64,000 nt of DNA, from the NCBI GenBank assembly GCA_040755455.1, contig JBFMAY010000021.1, forward strand, positions 1 through 64,000, written 5' to 3'. Source of the DNA: Thermodesulfobacteriota bacterium. Its GTDB lineage: Bacteria > Desulfobacterota > Desulfobulbia > Desulfobulbales > SURF-16. Both the position numbers and the translations under genes were made by a program. Below, piece after piece: positions 18,845 through 28,466 of this stretch (within the stretch, counting starts at the first letter, position 1; each line of letters starts with the position of its first letter). The notes below the pieces were generated by a model. The model had not been told where the DNA came from, did not search any database, and worked only from the letters and a program-made list of their open reading frames with translations.

Positions 18845-20199
18845 CTCCTCAGAACATGGGTCATAAGGACCGCGCTTTCAATTGAGGAGGCCACCGGCAC
18901 CCGGTTGAGTTCAAAGCCCTCGATGAGCATACGGTACTTTTCAATATGGGGCACATAGGCAATCAGGGGCTTGCCGTGGCGCCGGTACACCTTGCTGAGC
19001 CGCGCCCCGAGATCGGAACTGATGCCGGGCAGATAGGGCAGCATGAGCAGCAGGATGCTGTCAATGTCGGGGATCTGGCAGAAGGCCTCCACTGCGGCGA
19101 TAAAATCGTTCTCCACGGCGCTGCCGGTCAGGTCAACCGGATTGGCCACCGAGGCGATGGTGCGGATGTTTTCCGACAGCTTGTTGCGCAGGGACTGCTG
19201 CACCGCCTCCGAGAAACGGGGCACGGCCAGACCACCGCCCACGCAGACGTCCACCGCCATGGCCCCGTGGCCGCCGCTGCCGCTGATAATGCCCACCCGG
19301 CCCTTGATCACGGTGTCGGGATAGCAGCTCAGGGCCTCGCAGAAGGAAACAAGCTCCAGCTCATTGCGCGCCTCAATGATGCCGTGCTGGGCCAGGACAG
19401 AGGCAAACACCCGGTAATCACCGGCCAGTGAGGCGGTATGGCTTGACACGGCCCGGCTGCCCTCGCTGGTCTTGCCTGCCTTGAGAACGATAACCGGCTT
19501 GCGGCATTTTGCCGCCCGCTGGACAAAGGCCCGGCCCTCGTTGCGGCTAAAACCCTCCACATAGAAGACGATGACCCCGGTGCGCGGGTCGGCATCAAGG
19601 AATTCCAGCAGCTGCAGTTCCCGGATATAGGCCTTGTTGCCGATGCTGATGGCACTTGATATGCCGACACCCTCCCGGGCGAATTTGACCAGCAGATCAA
19701 CGAGGATGCCGCCGCTCTGGCTGACCACGGCCACATCACCGGCTGCCGGCTGCACCATGCGCTCCGCCGGCAGAAAGAAGGTGTCAACCACCCCAGGAGA
19801 ATAGATACCCAGACAGTTGGGGCCGACAAAGGGAAAGCCGGCCCCGGCGGCAAGCTTGACCAGGCTGGCCTGCAGCTCCTCGTGACCGGCCTCGGCAAAC
19901 CCGCCGGAGATGATAATAGCGCTTTTGACCGCCCCGTCGATGCATTCGGCGAGCACGGCGGGCACATATTCGGCGCGCACGGCAATCACGGCCAGATCGA
20001 TGCTGTCCGGGATGGCAGCGACGGAAGTGAATACCTGCTCGCCGTCAAGGAAGCCGCCCTTGACATTCACCGCATAAGTCCTGACCGGATAGCGCAGCAG
20101 GTTCTTGGAAAAGATGACGTTGGCGGGATGCCGGTCATTGCTGGCGGACACGCCGATGACGGCCACCGACTGGGGGGAGAACAGCGAGGACAGATTCAT
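18829..20199 (-). CDS. acyl-CoA synthetase (NDP-forming), CoA-binding subunit
   Basis: PQSVAVIGVS, GPNCLG, SQSGG, the phospho-His motif SHTASLAG, and NPVDLTG. Confidence 0.9.
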   Translation of the reverse strand: MNLSSLFSPQSVAVIGVSASNDRHPANVIFSKNLLRYPVRTYAVNVKGGFLDGEQVFTSVAAIPDSIDLAVIAVRAEYVPAVLAECIDGAVKSAIIISGGFAEAGHEELQASLVKLAAGAGFPFVGPNCLGIYSPGVVDTFFLPAERMVQPAAGDVAVVSQSGGILVDLLVKFAREGVGISSAISIGNKAYIRELQLLEFLDADPRTGVIVFYVEGFSRNEGRAFVQRAAKCRKPVIVLKAGKTSEGSRAVSSHTASLAGDYRVFASVLAQHGIIEARNELELVSFCEALSCYPDTVIKGRVGIISGSGGHGAMAVDVCVGGGLAVPRFSEAVQQSLRNKLSENIRTIASVANPVDLTGSAVENDFIAAVEAFCQIPDIDSILLLMLPYLPGISSDLGARLSKVYRRHGKPLIAYVPHIEKYRMLIEGFELNRVPVASSIESAVLMTHVLRRCRLC

Positions 20200-20444
20200 G
20201 TATCTCTCCGGGCATCGTCTTTCCACTGCGGGAGAGCGGCATTGCCGCCGTAGCCGTTGCCGCGGTAAGTGCCGAGCAGGAAGCCGAGCAGAATGCCGAC
20301 GCCCAGGACAAGAAAGAGCATGAGCGCCCGGGAAAGCGAAAACTGCCAGAACAAAAAGCGGATACTTATCATTTCCGTATTCTGCAAGGTAAAAATGACC
20401 ACTGTCAGCAAAAGGGCCATTGCCAGGCTGAGTTTCGTCTTCAT
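20196..20444 (-). CDS. LapA/DUF1049-family small membrane protein
   Basis: IFTLQNTEMISIRFLFWQF lying between two TM helices. Confidence 0.75.
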   Translation of the reverse strand: MKTKLSLAMALLLTVVIFTLQNTEMISIRFLFWQFSLSRALMLFLVLGVGILLGFLLGTYRGNGYGGNAALPQWKDDARRDT

Positions 20445-20749
20445 AATCCCCCCTGGATCAGTCCCGGCAGAGGCGCTGCCCTCCGCCGAGGAAAAACATG
20501 TCGCGCTGTTTGTCATTTGGAAACTTCCCATCACTATAACAAAAGCAGACGGCAGAGGAAAATAAATGTTGTAAAAAATACTGTTTTTAAGGGAAGTTGC
20601 GCGGCAACGGCCATTTTATCGTTTTACAGATCAGACATTTATGACATATTGGCAGCCAGGCGAAAAAATTCTAAAAAAAACATACGGCGCGGCAACAGCA
20701 CAGGGGCCGACGATTGCCGCGATACTGTTTTACAAGGAGAATAATCGAA

Positions 20750-21166
20750 ATGAAAAGCTATCACCAGGAACTGTGGTTTGAGGTACCCACCCGCCGCGCC
20801 TTTATCAACATCACCCCCCAGGTGGAAAAATGCCTGGCGGAAAGCGGCATCAAGGAGGGGCTGCTGCTCTGCAACGCCATGCACATCACCGCCTCGGTGT
20901 TTATTAATGACGACGAATCAGGCCTGCATCATGATTACGAGGTGTGGCTGGAAAAACTCGCCCCCCACGAGCCGGTTTCCCAGTATCGACACAACGGTTA
21001 CGAGGACAATGCCGACGCCCACCTGAAAAGGCAGGTCATGGGCCGTGAGGTGGTGGTGGCGGTGACCGGCGGCAAACTCCACTTCGGCACCTGGGAGCAG
21101 ATCTTTTACGGCGAATTTGACGGCCGCCGCCGAAAACGGGTGCTGGTGAAGATCATCGGCGAGTAG
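20750..21166 (+). CDS. yjbQ: YjbQ family protein (secondary thiamine-phosphate synthase)
   Basis: [23 protein letters not shown] and [22 protein letters not shown]. Confidence 0.92.
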   Translation: MKSYHQELWFEVPTRRAFINITPQVEKCLAESGIKEGLLLCNAMHITASVFINDDESGLHHDYEVWLEKLAPHEPVSQYRHNGYEDNADAHLKRQVMGREVVVAVTGGKLHFGTWEQIFYGEFDGRRRKRVLVKIIGE

Positions 21167-21369
21167 GGGCGGATTTCATGCCCGCTCTGTTTGCTGCAGA
21201 GGCACCCTTTGTGGTTGCCCGGCTTTGCTTCAACGCGGAAAGGCATGCATCCCGTGATCAATTAGTGAAACGGCAATTGCAATCGCCAGCGGCCTATGCT
21301 AGTTTATATGCTTTGGCTGCCATTCTTCATAAACCTGGTTGTTCAACAAGACGGATTTGCCTCAAGCCA

Positions 21370-22344
21370 ATGAAAACAGCACCTGATATAATTGTTCAAC
21401 TGATCCACATCGAAGGCCCCCTGAAAGGACAGATTCTGGAGGTATCCGACCCGGAAATCAAAATCGGCCGCCATCCCTCCTGTCAGCTGCAGTTCCCGGC
21501 CGACTTCAATATCATTTCCCGGCAGCACGCCACCATCACCAGGGAGGGGAACCGTTTCAAACTGACGGACCACAGCTCTAACGGCACCATTGTCAACGGC
21601 AAGAAGATAAAGGAAGTCTATCTGAAGGACGGGGACGTGATCACCATTGCCGACGGCGGACCCAAGGTCAGCTTCCTGACCCAGGTCGGCGTCGCCGCGC
21701 CTGCCCAGGCGAAAGTACCGGCCCCCCAGCCACCGCCGCCGCAGCCCCCCCCCGCGCATGAGGTTGTCTACCCTGCTCCGCAGCCGCCGGAGGCCAGGGC
21801 CGCCATCCCGCAACCGCCTCCCGCCGCCCCCGGACCTGCGGCAGCGTATGCCCCGCAGCCGCCCCCGGTCAGCCGCCCGGCGGAACCTGCCGCCCCGCCC
21901 CGGGAAAGCAAGGAGCCCCTGGTCATTCAATACGGACCGACCCTGCGCTCCTTTGACCGGCTGCCGTTAAGGATCGGCAAACACCCCAGCTGCGGTTTTC
22001 ATCTTGATCACAACTCCATCCATGATCTGCACGCGGAAATCTACTTTGCCGACGGCGACTACTGGGTGCGGGACCTCACAGGCCGGCACCTGGTTACCGT
22101 GAATGGCAGCCCCGCGGATCAGGGTATGCCTCTCAGGCAGAACGACGAACTGTTTCTCAGCCCGTCTGGTCCCTTTTTCCAGTTTCTCGGCAAAGGCCGG
22201 CTGGGCGAGGTGGAAAGAACACCGGCGGCGCCGGTTGAAGATCAGGGGCAGCAATTGAGTGACCGGAGCGGTGAGAAAATGAGGGAGAAAAATGCCCCGA
22301 AGAGCCCGATGTCTTTTCTGAAAAAAATTTTCTCAAAGGATTGA
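21370..22344 (+). CDS. dual-FHA-domain protein with Pro/Ala-rich linker
   Basis: FHA1 has IGR...ISRQHA...SSNGT. FHA2 has IGK...IHDLHA...RDL and is degenerate. Confidence 0.85.
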   Translation: MKTAPDIIVQLIHIEGPLKGQILEVSDPEIKIGRHPSCQLQFPADFNIISRQHATITREGNRFKLTDHSSNGTIVNGKKIKEVYLKDGDVITIADGGPKVSFLTQVGVAAPAQAKVPAPQPPPPQPPPAHEVVYPAPQPPEARAAIPQPPPAAPGPAAAYAPQPPPVSRPAEPAAPPRESKEPLVIQYGPTLRSFDRLPLRIGKHPSCGFHLDHNSIHDLHAEIYFADGDYWVRDLTGRHLVTVNGSPADQGMPLRQNDELFLSPSGPFFQFLGKGRLGEVERTPAAPVEDQGQQLSDRSGEKMREKNAPKSPMSFLKKIFSKD

Positions 22345-22426
22345 AGACAGGCCAAGGCGGGATGAACGGGCGGCCATGGCATTGCGCCGTGGGCCACTGC
22401 CGGCGGGAAAAACTTCCCTGCAAAAG

Positions 22427-22675
22427 CTAGGCGGACTCCTTCAATAACGGCATGCCCTTGCCGAGTTTTCCCAGCACCTGATCAATCTGCTCAAGGGTCA
22501 TGACACCCTGCTCAAGCAGTATCCTGCCGATGAGCCGGTGCCGCCCTTTTTCAATATCTTCCAGGACTTGAATCTTGAGGGCCTCGACAAACTCCGCGGG
22601 CGTGACAAAACCGCTTTCTATGGCAACGACGCCAAAACGCTTCTCCAGATGCTGGGTTTCCCTCTCTTCATTCAT
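22427..22675 (-). CDS. small MshEN-like (putative c-di-GMP-binding) protein
   Basis: Two tandem motifs, RFGVVAIESGFV...ALKIQ and LIGRILLEQGVM...VLGKL, resemble RLGxxLLxxGLIxxxxLxxxLxxQ. Confidence 0.6.
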   Translation of the reverse strand: MNEERETQHLEKRFGVVAIESGFVTPAEFVEALKIQVLEDIEKGRHRLIGRILLEQGVMTLEQIDQVLGKLGKGMPLLKESA

Positions 22676-22906
22676 TTCAGCCTCCCGTTTTTTTCCATCT
22701 TATATCGGGCCAGCCGGCAAAAGCAAAAAAAATTTTCAAATTATGCGTGATCCGAATATACTGGTCATAATCAAAAAGTTTAGTTTTAAAAAAAGCGGCG
22801 GAAGGCAACCTCTTCTCTGTAACTGGCTGACATCTCTTTTTATTTTTTTTGAACAACCGGACTTGCATGACAAACAGGCCGCAGGCCTTTACCCAGGGAG
22901 TGATGC

Positions 22907-23695
22907 ATGAAAAGGCTGGACGGCACAATCAGATGGGATAATTTTCATCTCTCCTATTGCGGTATTTCAGACCAGGGCAGGGTTCGCAAAGAAAACGAGG
23001 ATGATTTCCTGATCATGGAAAGGCATCGGCTGTTCTGCGTGGCGGACGGCATGGGCGGCCAGGTGGCCGGCAAGCTGGCCAGCCAGACCACCCTGGAAGG
23101 GGTTTCAAGGTGCATGAATTATCTGGCCGAGGCGGGAGACATAACCTTGCCCTTCGGTCTTACCCCGGAGATGCTGGGAAAACCGAAGCTGGCCTGCATC
23201 GCCCAGTTCGCCAATTTCCTGGTGCACCAGAAGGCGGACGGCAGCAGCATGGGTTCAACCCTGGTTGCCTGCCATTTCACGGAAAACGGCCTTGATTTTG
23301 TCCATGTCGGCGACAGCAGATTATATCTGTGGCGGGCGGGACAGCTGCTGCAGCTGACTGAAGACCATTCCCTTGTCTACGAACTGTACAAGATGGGTAA
23401 CATCACCCGGGAAGAGATGCACGGGCACAACCTGCGCAACATCATCACCCGCGCCATCGGCACCCACCCCAAGGTGGAACCGAGTCTCGGCAGCATTGAT
23501 GTCCAGCCCGGCGATATCTTTCTCCTATGCTCGGACGGACTGACCACCATGCTCGAACCCGCGGCAATCGCCGCCGCCTTATCAGCGCGGACCGATACCC
23601 CGGCGCTTGTCCGGACCCTGGTGGCCAGGGCCAATGAAGCCGGGGGACGGGACAATATCACCGTCCTGCTGATTGCCGCTCAGAGCGCCAGATGA
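22907..23695 (+). CDS. PP2C-family Ser/Thr protein phosphatase
   Basis: GRVRKENED, VADGMGG, HVGDSR, LCSDGL and GGRDNIT. Confidence 0.95.
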   Translation: MKRLDGTIRWDNFHLSYCGISDQGRVRKENEDDFLIMERHRLFCVADGMGGQVAGKLASQTTLEGVSRCMNYLAEAGDITLPFGLTPEMLGKPKLACIAQFANFLVHQKADGSSMGSTLVACHFTENGLDFVHVGDSRLYLWRAGQLLQLTEDHSLVYELYKMGNITREEMHGHNLRNIITRAIGTHPKVEPSLGSIDVQPGDIFLLCSDGLTTMLEPAAIAAALSARTDTPALVRTLVARANEAGGRDNITVLLIAAQSAR

Positions 23696-23732
23696 GCCAC
23701 TGCTCTCCAGGTTACCTTTACCGCAAAACGCT

Positions 23733-23757
23733 AATTGAGGATTGCGTCCCCAAAATT
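23733..23757 (-). repeat. REP-like motif A, copy 1
   Basis: Minus strand AATTTTGGGGACGCAATCCTCAATT; 17/25 identical to the plus-strand copy at 24593-24617. Confidence 0.5.
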
Positions 23758-23760
23758 TTT

Positions 23761-23888
23761 ATTCCGGAGTAAAGTTTCATATGGCGCCTCCATCAAGGTT
23801 GAATCGGTCTTCTCCCTTAGATTGGACAACCTTTCAGGTTGCCCCGGGTGTTGAAAACAGCTCCCGCGAGGCGCCTTGCAGATGATTA
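23761..23888 (-). mobile_element. IS110-like left-end fragment (structured leader plus first 7 codons)
   Basis: GGAGG RBS then ATG reading MKLYSGI (compare the MKLYxGIDLH starts of IS110-family recombinases), truncated before the catalytic Asp. The leader is closed by a GGCGCCTC/GAGGCGCC stem with internal hairpins. Confidence 0.45.
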
Positions 23889-23941
23889 TTAAATCTTTGT
23901 CATTGACAGATATAAAATATCAAGGGAAAAGATTTGACCCC
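23889..23941. repeat. REP-like motif B doublet
   Basis: TTAAATCTTTGTCATTGACA...TATCAAGGGAAAAGATTTGACCCC is an imperfect inverted pair; the minus strand starts GGGGTCAAATCT. Confidence 0.5.
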
Positions 23942-24029
23942 ATGTCCCCCATGTCCACGCAATTTGTCCACGGCGCGTGTCGTCAGTTAAAAATTTATAC
24001 CCTGTGATGGGGATGGGTTACACAAATTG

Positions 24030-24383
24030 CTAAATGCATCCGCTTTGATTTCCTTTTTTTATAAAGAATTTAAAGAAGGACAGAACAAGACTGACAACAA
24101 CAATTAAATAGAAAATAGTTGCTACTTCTGCTGCCAGTGCTTGAAAAATCGTCCATGGCTTTTCTAAAAAATAAAAAATGGAATAAATGCCAAAACATTT
24201 TAAAATGTTTGAAAGAATCAAACCATAGTTTTTCTGGTCATCATAGTAACAATTATCAATATGATATTTTCTAGTAGATATTATAAGAGTAATTATAATA
24301 TCTACTAGAAAACTTACAAATAGACAGACTATAAAAGGTTCATGCTTATATATAAATGCCGTTTCTGAAAAAGGGATTGTCAT
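24030..24383 (-). CDS. AT-rich hypothetical membrane protein
   Basis: 117 aa with about 3 hydrophobic helices; strongly AT-rich. Confidence 0.6.
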   Translation of the reverse strand: MTIPFSETAFIYKHEPFIVCLFVSFLVDIIITLIISTRKYHIDNCYYDDQKNYGLILSNILKCFGIYSIFYFLEKPWTIFQALAAEVATIFYLIVVVSLVLSFFKFFIKKGNQSGCI

Positions 24384-24484
24384 TAGTATGTTTATTTTAT
24401 CATGTTTTCCAACTCGTTCTCATTTTATTACCCCGGGGCGTATTCCATGTCAAAAGGTCAAAAAGGGTCAAAAAGAAAAGTAAA

Positions 24485-24511
24485 GGGGTCAAGTCTGCCT
24501 TTGGCTTTTGA
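24485..24511 (+). repeat. REP-like motif B hairpin (duplicated at 25430-25456)
   Basis: GGGGTCAAGTCTGCCTTTGGCTTTTGACC, preceded by stuttered partial copies GTCAAAAGGTCAAAAAGGGTCAAAAAG. Confidence 0.5.
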
Positions 24512-24592
24512 CCAGTTTTACCCTTATCCAAGCGAGATGTTTTTAGATTCTCCGATCTTCTTTCGCGCGCAACGTCACCCGCTCAACTGCAT

Positions 24593-24617
24593 AATTCCGG
24601 GGACCCCATACATGATT
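24593..24617 (+). repeat. REP-like motif A, copy 2 (duplicated at 25538-25562)
   Basis: AATTCCGGGGACCCCATACATGATT. Confidence 0.5.
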
Positions 24618-24777
24618 CAGCAGTGACAAAACCCGGTGTGAAAACTATCCTCAGGTAAAGCGGGTTAAGTATCTGGCCTCTTTCAACGGGAGTGCCCTGA
24701 AGGGTGCATCTTCCGGCGGTCTGGAATGATTCTGCTCCGCCTGTAATGCTCATTGCTCTGCCTGCTCCATGCACAGT

Positions 24778-25476
24778 TCAGTTTTTTTCGTTTTGCCCCT
24801 CCCCATGTCCGCAAGGCAGCTTTACCACAACCTTGGTGCCTGAGGAAGAACCGCTGACAATGCGCAGGGTGCCCTGGTGGAGCTCAATATATTTTTTAGC
24901 CAAGCTGAGCCCGAATCCGGAGCCGTATACCTTGGTGGTGAAAAATGGTTCCGTAACCCGCTGTTCGTGGATCGGCCGGATACCCAGCCCGTAATCCTTG
25001 ACAATGAAAAACAGGTACTGACCGTCTTCCTGCAATTTTATATCGATTTTGCCCTGTTCCGAAAGGGCCTCAATGGCGTTTTTAATAATATGGACCAGCG
25101 CTTCTTCGATCTGACGGACATCGACTATGAGCTCCGGCAGCCGGTTGGGCGCCTCGAAGTGGATCTTGATACTGTTTTTGTCAAGTTCGGTTTTCAGCAG
25201 AGCGAGGGCGTTTTTCACCAGCCTGCCCGGATCAACGGCCTGCTTATGCGGTTCCTCGGTCTGGGTAAATTGAAAAAGCGCGTTCAACAGCCGTTCCAGC
25301 CGGGCAGCCTCCTTGGCGATTACCTCAGCATACAGGTGCAGGTTCGTCGCTCCCCCCTTGGTGAGAATCCGTTTGGCCAAGCCGCCAATAGCGGCTAACG
25401 GATTTCTGATGGCGTGAAAGAAAAGAAAAGGGGTCAAGTCTGCCTTTGGCTTTTGACCAGTTTTACCCTTATCCAA
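24778..25476 (-). pseudogene. duplicated kinase core (HisKA from the phospho-His plus HATPase) with a new N-terminus from intergenic DNA
   Basis: Identical to the C-terminal part of 25723..26985 from FHAIRNPL onward. The first 19 aa come from the REP-like sequence; TTG start. Confidence 0.75.
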
Positions 25477-25722
25477 GCGAGATGTTTTTAGATTCTCCGA
25501 TCTTCTTTCGCGCGCAACGTCACCCGCTCAACTGCATAATTCCGGGGACCCCATACATGATTCAGCAGTGACAAAACCCGGTGTGAAAACTATCCTCAGG
25601 TAAAGCGGGTTAAGTATCTGGCCTCTTTCAACGGGAGTGCCCTGAAGGGTGCATCTTCCGGCGGTCTGGAATGATTCTGCTCCGCCTGTAATGCTCATTG
25701 CTCTGCCTGCTCCATGCACAGT

Positions 25723-26985
25723 TCAGTTTTTTTCGTTTTGCCCCTCCCCATGTCCGCAAGGCAGCTTTACCACAACCTTGGTGCCTGAGGAAGAACCGCT
25801 GACAATGCGCAGGGTGCCCTGGTGGAGCTCAATATATTTTTTAGCCAAGCTGAGCCCGAATCCGGAGCCGTATACCTTGGTGGTGAAAAATGGTTCCGTA
25901 ACCCGCTGTTCGTGGATCGGCCGGATACCCAGCCCGTAATCCTTGACAATGAAAAACAGGTACTGACCGTCTTCCTGCAATTTTATATCGATTTTGCCCT
26001 GTTCCGAAAGGGCCTCAATGGCGTTTTTAATAATATGGACCAGCGCTTCTTCGATCTGACGGACATCGACTATGAGCTCCGGCAGCCGGTTGGGCGCCTC
26101 GAAGTGGATCTTGATACTGTTTTTGTCAAGTTCGGTTTTCAGCAGAGCGAGGGCGTTTTTCACCAGCCTGCCCGGATCAACGGCCTGCTTATGCGGTTCC
26201 TCGGTCTGGGTAAATTGAAAAAGCGCGTTCAACAGCCGTTCCAGCCGGGCAGCCTCCTTGGCGATTACCTCAGCATACAGGTGCAGGTTCGTCGCTCCCC
26301 CCTTGGTGAGAATCCGTTTGGCCAAGCCGCCAATAGCGGCTAACGGATTTCTGATGGCGTGAAAAACCTGAGCGGAAATCTGCCCCAAGGCATTATGGCG
26401 CTCCGCCTCCACCAGCAGATTTTTATCACGGGAAACTACGATATTCTGCTCGCTGAACTGATCCTTCTGCATCATTTCCTTGGTTACATCTGTCAGATAA
26501 CCAAGCGATAGGCAGACCTTGTCACCCTCGAAAGTCTCAATACTGCCCCAGTCCTTAAGCCAGATTTCCCGATTGTTCGGCAACCTGAGCTTGTAGACCG
26601 CATCCACGAAGCCGACCCGGCTGCGCTGATTGCGCAATCGCTTCCGGCTGCTGCCCAGTTGCTCGGGGCCAAGAACATTTTCCTTGATGGCATCGCTGCT
26701 ATCGATATACTTGTAAAGCCGGTGATCGAGAATAGCCTCGCGAAATGCCGTGGCAATCTCGTTGGGCCGGCATTGCAGGAGCCGCAAAAAACGCTGGCTG
26801 ACAAACTCGTACCAGATCAGCTTATCATCCATCTGCCAAGCGGAAATATAGCTGATGACCGGCACATCGGTCCGGTCAAATGCTCTGAAACCAGCAATAC
26901 ACCTGCGAACACGTGCTTGCAGCCTGGAGCTGTATGGGCCGGAAAGGATGTGGCCGCAGTAATCAGGCGGAGCGGTCCGAGTCAT
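25723..26985 (-). CDS. soluble sensor histidine kinase with PAS-like input
   Basis: H-box FHAIRNPL, N-box IIKNAIEA, G1 DYGLG, F-box PFFTTK and G2 GSGFGL. Start codon uncertain. Confidence 0.9.
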   Translation of the reverse strand: MTRTAPPDYCGHILSGPYSSRLQARVRRCIAGFRAFDRTDVPVISYISAWQMDDKLIWYEFVSQRFLRLLQCRPNEIATAFREAILDHRLYKYIDSSDAIKENVLGPEQLGSSRKRLRNQRSRVGFVDAVYKLRLPNNREIWLKDWGSIETFEGDKVCLSLGYLTDVTKEMMQKDQFSEQNIVVSRDKNLLVEAERHNALGQISAQVFHAIRNPLAAIGGLAKRILTKGGATNLHLYAEVIAKEAARLERLLNALFQFTQTEEPHKQAVDPGRLVKNALALLKTELDKNSIKIHFEAPNRLPELIVDVRQIEEALVHIIKNAIEALSEQGKIDIKLQEDGQYLFFIVKDYGLGIRPIHEQRVTEPFFTTKVYGSGFGLSLAKKYIELHQGTLRIVSGSSSGTKVVVKLPCGHGEGQNEKN

Positions 26986-27347
26986 ATTTTTTCCCGCAGG
27001 CATGGCTGGTAACGGTATCAAGGCCAGTGTGGTGATAAGAAATAGCATTTTCCGGGGTGGTCCGCGGGAAGGATGATTGGCCTCTGCTCACTCCCGCAGC
27101 CGCTAAAATAACGCGCCCAAAATGTGCATTTTCCTGATACCAGCCTGCATTCATGAACCATTACCCGGGAACCGGCCGTCATCCCTGCTGCAAATCGTAG
27201 CAGTGACTTTTTTGCCTTCAAGAAACACCCTTAAAAACGCAGAAATGAATAACCATTCAGAATAACCGAAACTCTCTTTTGGAAATTTTGCAAGAAAAAA
27301 CTACTAAGAAATGACAGGGGAAACAAAGAAAATCCAGTGCACAGCCT

Positions 27348-28466
27348 TCAGAACTTGTTGATTTTCTCCTTGAGCCGCCGGGCATTGATCAGATCCTTTT
27401 TGGCCTTGGGATCGTCCGGCCGCAGCCGCAGAACCTCCTCCCATTCCTGGATGGCCTTGTCAAGGTCTTCGGAAAGATAATAGCTGACGCCCTTGCGGTA
27501 ATGGGCATCGGCCTCCTGCTGGATGTGCGTCTCGGTTGCAGCAACGAGCTTTGCCACGTCACGGTAATTGGCATCAATCGTCCGCAGCATTCGCAAGGCC
27601 TTTACGTACTCCCGCAGACCAATCAGCTCCATGGCCTGCCGGTATCTCGCCGCGTTTGGCCCCGCGGCGCCCTCCACAACCTGCGGCTCGCCCGCGGCGC
27701 CAGCCTCCACCCGGTGGTAGGCATCCTCCATGACCTTCCTTTTCTGCCGGCCGGGGGCCAGAACCCTGGCCTCGTCCTGCCGGGGCACGGCAGCGGCGGA
27801 CTCTCCGCCTCCCGCCTGGGCCTGATCCAGCACAACCAGCCTCAGCTCGGTGCCGGGACTCACTTCGCCCCCGCACTTCTCCTCATTGAAGGCGGCAACC
27901 AGAAACTCCCTGGCCGGATCATGATACACCTTGCGGGCAACCTCCCTGCAGGTATCCCCTTGCTGCGCCTGATAGGTGATGAATACCTTGTCATGCAGCC
28001 TGTTTTGCAGATAATCCACTGCCTCGGGATGGTCCTGTTCATAGGTGAGGGCGTTGAGAAACTCCCGGCGGGCATCAATGAGCTTGCCCTGCTGATAAAA
28101 GGCAACCCCTTGCTGGAAATACTCCGTGGCTTTTGCCCTGGTTTCCTGCCTGAGCCGCTCAACCCTTGCCGCGATTTCCTTGTCCCGGGGATTAAGGCTC
28201 TGGAGAATCCACCAGTGCAGCAGCGCCTGCCGCAGCTCTCCCCGGTTTTCATATTCAATGGCCTTGCTGCGGGTTTTATCCGACAGGGCGGCAAACGGCT
28301 CCCTGTCCGGCGGCGTTGCCTGCAGCCGCGGGGCGCATGCGCCGGCAAAGCAGACAAGACAGATACACAGCGGGGCCAAACGCCAAGAACGGCAACGCGA
28401 CAAAAAAAAGCGCCGCCAGGCGGTCGGTGCAGGCCAAGGTAGCATGGTAAAGCCCGATGACATCAT
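27348..28466 (-). CDS. TPR plus LysM-like putative lipoprotein
   Basis: Lipobox-like AGAC, TPR helices, and the LysM-like YQAQQGDTCREVARKVY. Confidence 0.7.
   Translation of the reverse strand: MMSSGFTMLPWPAPTAWRRFFLSRCRSWRLAPLCICLVCFAGACAPRLQATPPDREPFAALSDKTRSKAIEYENRGELRQALLHWWILQSLNPRDKEIAARVERLRQETRAKATEYFQQGVAFYQQGKLIDARREFLNALTYEQDHPEAVDYLQNRLHDKVFITYQAQQGDTCREVARKVYHDPAREFLVAAFNEEKCGGEVSPGTELRLVVLDQAQAGGGESAAAVPRQDEARVLAPGRQKRKVMEDAYHRVEAGAAGEPQVVEGAAGPNAARYRQAMELIGLREYVKALRMLRTIDANYRDVAKLVAATETHIQQEADAHYRKGVSYYLSEDLDKAIQEWEEVLRLRPDDPKAKKDLINARRLKEKINKF

Larger units (their letters stand above)
24475..26364. repeat. 945-bp direct tandem duplication (24475-25419 / 25420-26364)
   Basis: Identical ORF translations recur at +945. 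The only difference noticed is at the left edge (T24481 vs A25426). Confidence 0.95.

Noticed and set aside
24583..24774. 63-aa ORF and its duplicate at 25528-25719
   Set aside because: No recognisable features; it spans REP-like motif A and recurs only because of the duplication.
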